Of a stretch of DNA of 49,191 nt, positions 48,743 to 49,191 are shown in pieces. Source of the stretch: Rhodothermales bacterium (lineage in GTDB: Bacteria; Bacteroidota; Rhodothermia; Rhodothermales; VXPQ01); contig JBBDTI010000020.1 in NCBI GenBank assembly GCA_040904565.1, positions 1 through 49,191 on the forward strand, in the 5' to 3' direction. The number at the start of each line of letters is the position of its first letter. Within the stretch, counting starts at the first letter, position 1. A model generated the notes under the pieces. It was not told the DNA's origin and searched no databases. It saw only the letters and a program-made list of their open reading frames with translations. A program made the translations under genes and the position numbers.

Positions 48743-48910
48743 ATGGCACTGGTCGAATGTCGAGAGTGTGGACGTGATGTATCCGACGAGGCTGACAAGT
48801 GCCCGCACTGCGGCGCGCCTCCAACGACGGCGGCCCGGATGCAGCAGATCGCGTGGGCGGTATCGATGATCGGGCTGATCATTTTACTTTTCGCGATCTT
48901 CGTGCTGTGA
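48743..48910 (+). CDS. Zinc-ribbon protein with a C-terminal TM anchor (55 aa, absent from the ORF track)
   Basis: MALVECRECGRDVSDEADKCPHCGAP...IAWAVSMIGLIILLFAIFVL*. Confidence 0.85.
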   Translation: MALVECRECGRDVSDEADKCPHCGAPPTTAARMQQIAWAVSMIGLIILLFAIFVL

Positions 48911-49027
48911 GCATTTCCCACCCACTCCCACGCTTTCTGATTCACCAACACCGCTTCAACTAACCGATGCAATCGGCCATGCCATAAGGAGGGCCGTCTT
49001 CGGCAGACACGCTCCACCGTCCAAATC

Positions 49028-49189
49028 CTAACCAAACAGGTCTTCGCATATCTCCCGAATGTTATTGGGCGTGAAGGGAGACTCTATGACCCCGTCCTGA
49101 ATGAGCGCCAATACTCCCGGTTCGCAGTCCGAATGCGCGTACCCCGGAAAGTCAAGAAGCTGCGCGATTTTATTGGCAGGAGCCTCCCT
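49028..49189 (-). CDS. Possible 3' end of a gene running off the window
   Basis: Open frame from the edge: REAPANKIAQLLDFPGYAHSDCEPGVLALIQDGVIESPFTPNNIREICEDLFG*. Confidence 0.35.
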   Translation of the reverse strand, partial: REAPANKIAQLLDFPGYAHSDCEPGVLALIQDGVIESPFTPNNIREICEDLFG

Positions 49190-49191
49190 AG

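Larger units (their letters stand above)
43613..49191. mobile_element. Left arm of a tRNA-Thr-integrated prophage/genomic island, continuing beyond the window
   Basis: tRNA fragment, integrase, excisionase, visibly lower GC and short orphan genes. Confidence 0.82.

Noticed and set aside
44365-48910. Integron (IntI plus cassette array)
   Set aside because: The integrase is phage-like, coupled to an excisionase and next to a tRNA att. I see no IntI-specific insertion or attC-like palindromes.

Overview
GC-rich bacterial chromosomal segment. The gene content (choice-of-anchor B, DUF5916-like and DUF6588-like proteins, PVC-type heme protein) suggests a Rhodothermota/FCB-group organism; this is inference only. 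About 1-43.5 kb is host backbone. It holds a kinase-M23-PLP enzyme fusion, a three-gene secreted beta-propeller operon, moeA/moaA/mobA, GntR and ECF regulators, a MATE pump, an SF2 helicase, a persulfide dioxygenase-rhodanese, and hemY/hemH. A co-oriented cluster at 32.4-42.6 kb encodes a Ser/Thr kinase-degenerate cyclase-STAND ATPase, an NTF2-like protein, a RoxA-like di-heme protein, a cytochrome P450 and a membrane cPLA2/patatin-like lipase. This cluster looks like an undescribed lipid-oxygenation (oxylipin-like) signalling or defence module. From about 43.6 kb to the window end lies the left arm of an integrated element: a displaced 3' half of tRNA-Thr(CGT) (att site), a lone 2TM plus beta-rich (Cap15-like) gene, a tyrosine integrase with excisionase, and small exported-protein genes mixed with phage-gene remnants and a 40-bp repeat. 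All family calls come from motif recognition by eye; no database searches were run.
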